Shown in pieces: positions 6,837 to 10,047 of a stretch of DNA of 10,047 bases. This stretch comes from Elusimicrobiota bacterium (lineage in GTDB: Bacteria; Elusimicrobiota; Elusimicrobia; UBA1565), in assembly GCA_043819795.1 (NCBI GenBank), contig JBDREN010000232.1, positions 1-10,047 on the forward strand, in the 5' to 3' direction. Each line of letters begins with the position of its first letter. Position 1 is the stretch's first letter. The notes under the pieces were generated by a model, which was not told the origin of the DNA, ran no database searches, and worked only from the letters and a program-made list of their open reading frames with translations. Both the position numbers and the translations under genes were made by a program.

Positions 6837-8237
6837 CTATGCCCGGACCACGCGCCAGAGGCCGGCCGAGCGCGCGCGGGGGTTGCCGCGCACCTCCTCG
6901 GGAGACGGCTTGAGCGGAGCCCCGGGCGGCGAGCGCCAGAGCCCCTTGGCCGCCTGCGCGGCCAGCGCGCCTTGAACGAGCGCCTCTTCGCCCGAGTGGA
7001 ACGTCAGGAAGACGGCGCGGCCGCCGGATCGCACCAGGCCGGGCAGGTCCCGGAGCAGTCGCTCCAGGGCCTCATGCTCGGAGTTGACCACGATCCTCAG
7101 CGCCTGGAACGCGCGCGCGGCCGGGTGGGGGGAGAACGCGTCCTTCTTCACCGCCCGCCCCGCTCCGAGGTCCTTCGCGAGGGCCACGGCCGCGGCCAGC
7201 TCGCGCGTGGTCTTGGGCGAGCGCCCCCGGGCGGAGAGACCCGCGAGCGCGGCCGCGACCTTTCTCGCGTCGGGCTCGCCGCCGAATCGGGCCAGAGTCC
7301 GGGCGAGCTCCGCCTCGGAGGCGCCCGCGAGCCAGTCGGCGGCGGTCCGGCCCCGCGAACGGTCCATGCGCATGTCTAGGGGCCCGTCCGCCTTGAACGA
7401 CATCCCGCGCTCGGGCCGGTCGAGCTGGGTGGATGAGACCCCCAGGTCCGCCAGAAGCGCGTCCACCCCGCCAAGGCCGAGGGCGCGGAGCACCCGCGCG
7501 GCGCCCGCGTAGTTGCTTTGCCGGGCCACGATGGCCGCGCCCGCCTCGCGAAGCCGCTTCTCGGCGCGCGCGAGCTCCTCGCCGTCGAGGTCGATCCCGA
7601 TGACGCGCCCGGCCGGCCCCGCGCGGCGCGCGAGTTCCTCCGCGTGGCCGCCCGCGCCGAGCGTGCAGTCGAGGACCGTCGCCCCCGCGAGGGGCGCCAG
7701 GGCCTCGAGCACTTCTCCCAGCATCACCGGCAGATGCGTTCCCGCCGGGGTGGAGCCGCGCTCCTTGGCTTTGGCCACGGCGAGCGGGTCCCCGGCGAGC
7801 TCCTTGTACTTCTCCCCGAACGTCCGGGGGTGCGTGCCCCGGTAGCGCTTGCGCCTCCGGTAGGCCGCGACCGTTTGAGCGATCGGGATATCGGCCGGGG
7901 TCAGGTCGTACTCGATCAGGCGCCGCGCCTCGACCCAGGCGAGCCGGTCGTGGGCGGTGGGCTTGAGCTCACCGGAGAACCTGGGAACGAGGTGCGCGAT
8001 GAGCTCCACTTCGCCGAAGTCGTAGACGTGGCGGGCGCGGGCGGCTTCGGCGCCGACCGCGGCCTCGATCCCGAACTTTTCCCTCAGCGCGCGCTCCAGA
8101 GCGGAGGCGGGGGTTTCCCCGTCCTCGACAAGGCCGCCGGGGAATTCCCATTTGCCGGCGTGGCCGCTGCCGGGGCCGCGGCGCGCGAGCAGGACCTTGC
8201 CCGAGCTGAGGATCACGGCCGCGCAGACAGGGATCAT
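6837..8237 (-). CDS. rsmH: Fusion of an N-terminal Nudix (MutT/NudG-like) domain to an RsmH (MraW)-family SAM-dependent methyltransferase
   Basis: Residues 1 to about 125: VLLARR...GKWEFPGG.VE.GE...AHDRLAWV...LTPADIPI. Residues 127-466: HLPVML, DCTLGAGGHA, GIDLD, DLGVSSTQLD.PERGMSF..DGPLDMRMD, FQALRIVVN, TFHSGE, NPRARSA. One uninterrupted frame. Confidence 0.9.
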   Translation of the reverse strand: MIPVCAAVILSSGKVLLARRGPGSGHAGKWEFPGGLVEDGETPASALERALREKFGIEAAVGAEAARARHVYDFGEVELIAHLVPRFSGELKPTAHDRLAWVEARRLIEYDLTPADIPIAQTVAAYRRRKRYRGTHPRTFGEKYKELAGDPLAVAKAKERGSTPAGTHLPVMLGEVLEALAPLAGATVLDCTLGAGGHAEELARRAGPAGRVIGIDLDGEELARAEKRLREAGAAIVARQSNYAGAARVLRALGLGGVDALLADLGVSSTQLDRPERGMSFKADGPLDMRMDRSRGRTAADWLAGASEAELARTLARFGGEPDARKVAAALAGLSARGRSPKTTRELAAAVALAKDLGAGRAVKKDAFSPHPAARAFQALRIVVNSEHEALERLLRDLPGLVRSGGRAVFLTFHSGEEALVQGALAAQAAKGLWRSPPGAPLKPSPEEVRGNPRARSAGLWRVVRA

Positions 8238-8243
8238 GTCCTG

Positions 8244-8249
8244 ATTCTA
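8244..8249 (-). promoter_or_regulatory. Possible -10 box (TAGAAT) 6 nt upstream of the fusion-gene ATG, a leaderless-mRNA geometry
   Basis: Minus strand reads TAGAAT-CAGGAC-ATG. No well-spaced SD and no clear -35. Confidence 0.4.
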
Positions 8250-8343
8250 TCGTTTTTCATGCCAAGGGGTGGAGCCGACGCGGGCCGCATGCTTCCGGAG
8301 GACTTGCTCGGCCGTGGTCCCGAAGGGGGCTTCCCGCCCCTTA

Positions 8344-8389
8344 TGGTTTCAGGGGCAGGATTTAAACCCGCGACCTCAAGGGCATGAGC
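8344..8389 (-). pseudogene. Degenerate 3' half of a tRNA-fMet(CAT)
   Basis: Minus strand GCTCATGCCCTTGAGGTCGCGGGTTTAAATCCTGCCCCTGAAACCA resembles initiator tRNA GCTCATAACCTTGAGGTCGCGGGTTCAAATCCTGCCCCCGCAACCA. The T-stem GCGGG/CCTGC pairs and CCA is encoded. No recognisable D-arm or 5' acceptor strand. Confidence 0.7.
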
Positions 8390-8518
8390 TTCAAGCCCCA
8401 TCGCCAGCGCATGCTCGGGGCTGCGACAGCGTCCGGTACAGGGCGCTGCGGCAGGCCATCGTGGTCCGTTCCGCCCATAGTGTTTGTAGGCCATCGAGGA
8501 GTCATCCGGTAATGCCCC

Positions 8519-8548
8519 GTGACCTTCGAGCCCCATGAGTGTTATACT
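8519..8548 (+). promoter_or_regulatory. Putative extended -10 promoter for the flavoprotein gene
   Basis: TGt-TATACT at 8540-8548, with a weak -35 GTGACC 18 nt upstream, about 30 nt before GTG 8580. Confidence 0.45.
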
Positions 8549-8579
8549 GGCTTATGGAGCTGAGTGAAGGGCTCGAGGC

Positions 8580-9764
8580 GTGAACTCCTTCGACGCGGTC
8601 ATCCTCGGAGCCGGCGGCGCGGGCCTGATGTGCGCGCTCACGGCGGCCCGGCGCGGACGCAGGGTCGTCGTCCTCGATCGCGCGGCCAAGCCCGGCGGCA
8701 AGCTCATCATCTCCGGGGGCGGGCGCTGCAACTTCACGAACCGGGACGTGTCCGCGAAGAATTTCGTCTCGGGAAACGAGCACTTCGCCAAGTCGGCCTT
8801 GTCGCGGTTCACGCCCGCGGATTTCATCGAGATGGTTGAAGCGCACGGCATTGCCTACCACGAGCGCAAGCACGGTCAATTGTTCTGCGATGGTTCCGCC
8901 CAGCAGATCATCGATCTGTTCGTGGAGGACTGCGCCAAGGCGGGCGTCGAAATCTATCTCAAGCATGAGATCCTGACGGCCGCTAGAACGGCCGGCGGCT
9001 ATCTCGTCACGACGGATCAAGGCGCCTTCGAGGCCAAATCGCTCGTGGTCGCGACCGGCGGCCTGTCCTTCCCGAAATCCGGCGCCACGCCGGCCGGCTA
9101 TGAAATCGCCGAGCAGTTCGGCCTGAAGGTCACGGCGCGCGCGCCCGCGCTTGACGGCTTCGTCTTCAGCGACGCGGACCGCAAACGCCTCGAGGGCTTC
9201 TCCGGCATCGCGCTCGAAGCGGCGATGACCACCAACGCCGTCGTCTTCCGCGAGGACCTGTTGTTTACGCACGCGGGCTTCAGCGGCCCGGTCGCGCTCC
9301 AGGCGTCTTTGCACTGGAACGCCGGCGATGAGGTGAGGGTCGACTTCATTCCCGCTCTGTCGCGCGAGGAGCTGATGGAGTGGTTCTCGTCGCGCAAGGG
9401 GAACAAGCTCGAGATCAAGAACCAAATGGCCGCGCTCGTGCCCAAACGCCTGGCCGCGCGTTTCTGCGATCTCTATCTGCCCGAGACGCTCGACATGGGA
9501 AACTTTCCAAAGAAAGACCTCGCCGCGTTCTGCGAGAGGCTCCAGGACTGGCGGTTCGTTCCGGCGGGGACGGTCGGCTACGGGAAAGCGGAAGTCACGC
9601 GCGGTGGAGTCGACACTTCCGAATTATCCTCGAAGACCATGGAAGCCAGGAAAGCCTCCGGCCTCTATTTCATCGGCGAGGTCGTCGACGTGACGGGATG
9701 GCTCGGCGGCTTCAACTACCAGTGGGCCTGGGCTTCCGGTCGCGTCGCCGGCGAATCCCTCTGA
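8580..9764 (+). CDS. yhiN: HI0933/YhiN (BaiN-like) family FAD-dependent oxidoreductase
   Basis: GAGGAGLMCA, GGKLIISGGGRCNFTN, VVATGGLSFP, LLFTHAGFSGP, AEVTRGGVD, SSKTME, GLYFIGEVVDVTGWLGGFNYQWAWASG. Confidence 0.95.
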   Translation: MNSFDAVILGAGGAGLMCALTAARRGRRVVVLDRAAKPGGKLIISGGGRCNFTNRDVSAKNFVSGNEHFAKSALSRFTPADFIEMVEAHGIAYHERKHGQLFCDGSAQQIIDLFVEDCAKAGVEIYLKHEILTAARTAGGYLVTTDQGAFEAKSLVVATGGLSFPKSGATPAGYEIAEQFGLKVTARAPALDGFVFSDADRKRLEGFSGIALEAAMTTNAVVFREDLLFTHAGFSGPVALQASLHWNAGDEVRVDFIPALSREELMEWFSSRKGNKLEIKNQMAALVPKRLAARFCDLYLPETLDMGNFPKKDLAAFCERLQDWRFVPAGTVGYGKAEVTRGGVDTSELSSKTMEARKASGLYFIGEVVDVTGWLGGFNYQWAWASGRVAGESL

Positions 9765-9907
9765 GCGTCGGGCTTGACATGTTTGGGCCACCTTGCCCCC
9801 AATGCATCGCCTATTAGCTGGGGCGCGGAGGCGGCGTTTCTCGTGCCAGAGCGGTCAACTAATTCTGACAAAAATATAAAGTGTCGGCCGCATAAGCTCT
9901 TTTTTAT

Positions 9908-10047
9908 GGATCTTCTCGGAATAGAGTGGGTCCCGTCGAGAAAATGGGGTTCAAAGCCGGTCAACTGATTTCTTCTCCAGATTGCCGCACTTGCGTAGAA
10001 TCTTGAGCCGGAAGTAGGTCCAGTCATGGAAGCCGTAGGCGTTCTTT
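9908..10047 (-). mobile_element. Right end of an ISL3-family insertion sequence, continuing beyond the window
   Basis: Terminal sequence GGATCTTCTCGGAATAGAGTGGG at 9908 resembles ISL3 GGnTCTTC ends. It is flanked by AT-rich TTTTTTAT (9900-9907, candidate 8-bp target duplication) and lies just downstream of the transposase stop. Confidence 0.8.
9951..10046 (-). CDS. ISL3-family transposase, C-terminal 31 aa (partial)
   Basis: Hand translation KNAYGFHDWTYFRLKILRKCGNLEKKSVDRL* matches the ISL3 C-terminal motif KRxAYGFrxxxYFrLKI. It is not in the ORF track. Confidence 0.88.
   Translation of the reverse strand, partial: KNAYGFHDWTYFRLKILRKCGNLEKKSVDRL

Noticed and set aside
8234..8536. 100-aa minus ORF with a 17-nt imperfect repeat (8385-8401 and 8520-8536) and an MGLEG start like the ProA tail
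   Set aside because: It runs through the tRNA relic, has no recognisable domain, and the short matches are compatible with chance.
4257..9445. Long antisense ORFs over proB, proA, the fusion gene and yhiN
   Set aside because: Typical stop-poor shadow frames in high-GC coding DNA with no family motifs.
9774..9802. Perfect TTGACA after the flavoprotein gene
   Set aside because: No -10 box at 16-18 nt and no downstream plus-strand gene.
9852..9970. CGGTCAACT(A/G)ATT repeated at about 9852 and 9958
   Set aside because: Only 13 nt with one mismatch; one copy lies inside the transposase CDS and the pair does not fit the IS boundaries.

Overview
GC-rich bacterial sequence that looks mosaic. From left to right: (1) 1-2231, minus strand: a large secreted repeat protein (signal peptide, about 12 Cys-rich 17-aa repeats, seven 38-aa RCC1/BLIP-II-like blades, then Ig-like/HYR domains running off the window). 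It is split by a one-base frameshift at 1317-1320, and the ORF track misses its downstream half. (2) A sigma70-like promoter and a nested palindromic repeat element. (3) A 5'-truncated DUF4143 ATPase-family gene, abutted by a 573-bp internally deleted IS5/IS903-group relic that keeps both terminal inverted repeats. (4) proB-proA followed by a decayed nadD stub. (5) A very GC-rich fusion of a Nudix (MutT-like) domain with a degenerate catalytic box to a non-dcw RsmH-like methyltransferase, next to a tRNA-fMet 3' remnant. (6) A YhiN/HI0933 (BaiN) flavoprotein gene. (7) The right end of an ISL3 element. The strongest novelty candidates are the pseudo-Nudix-RsmH fusion and the frameshift-split Cys-rich/propeller/HYR surface protein. 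All calls come from reading and hand translation; no searches were run.
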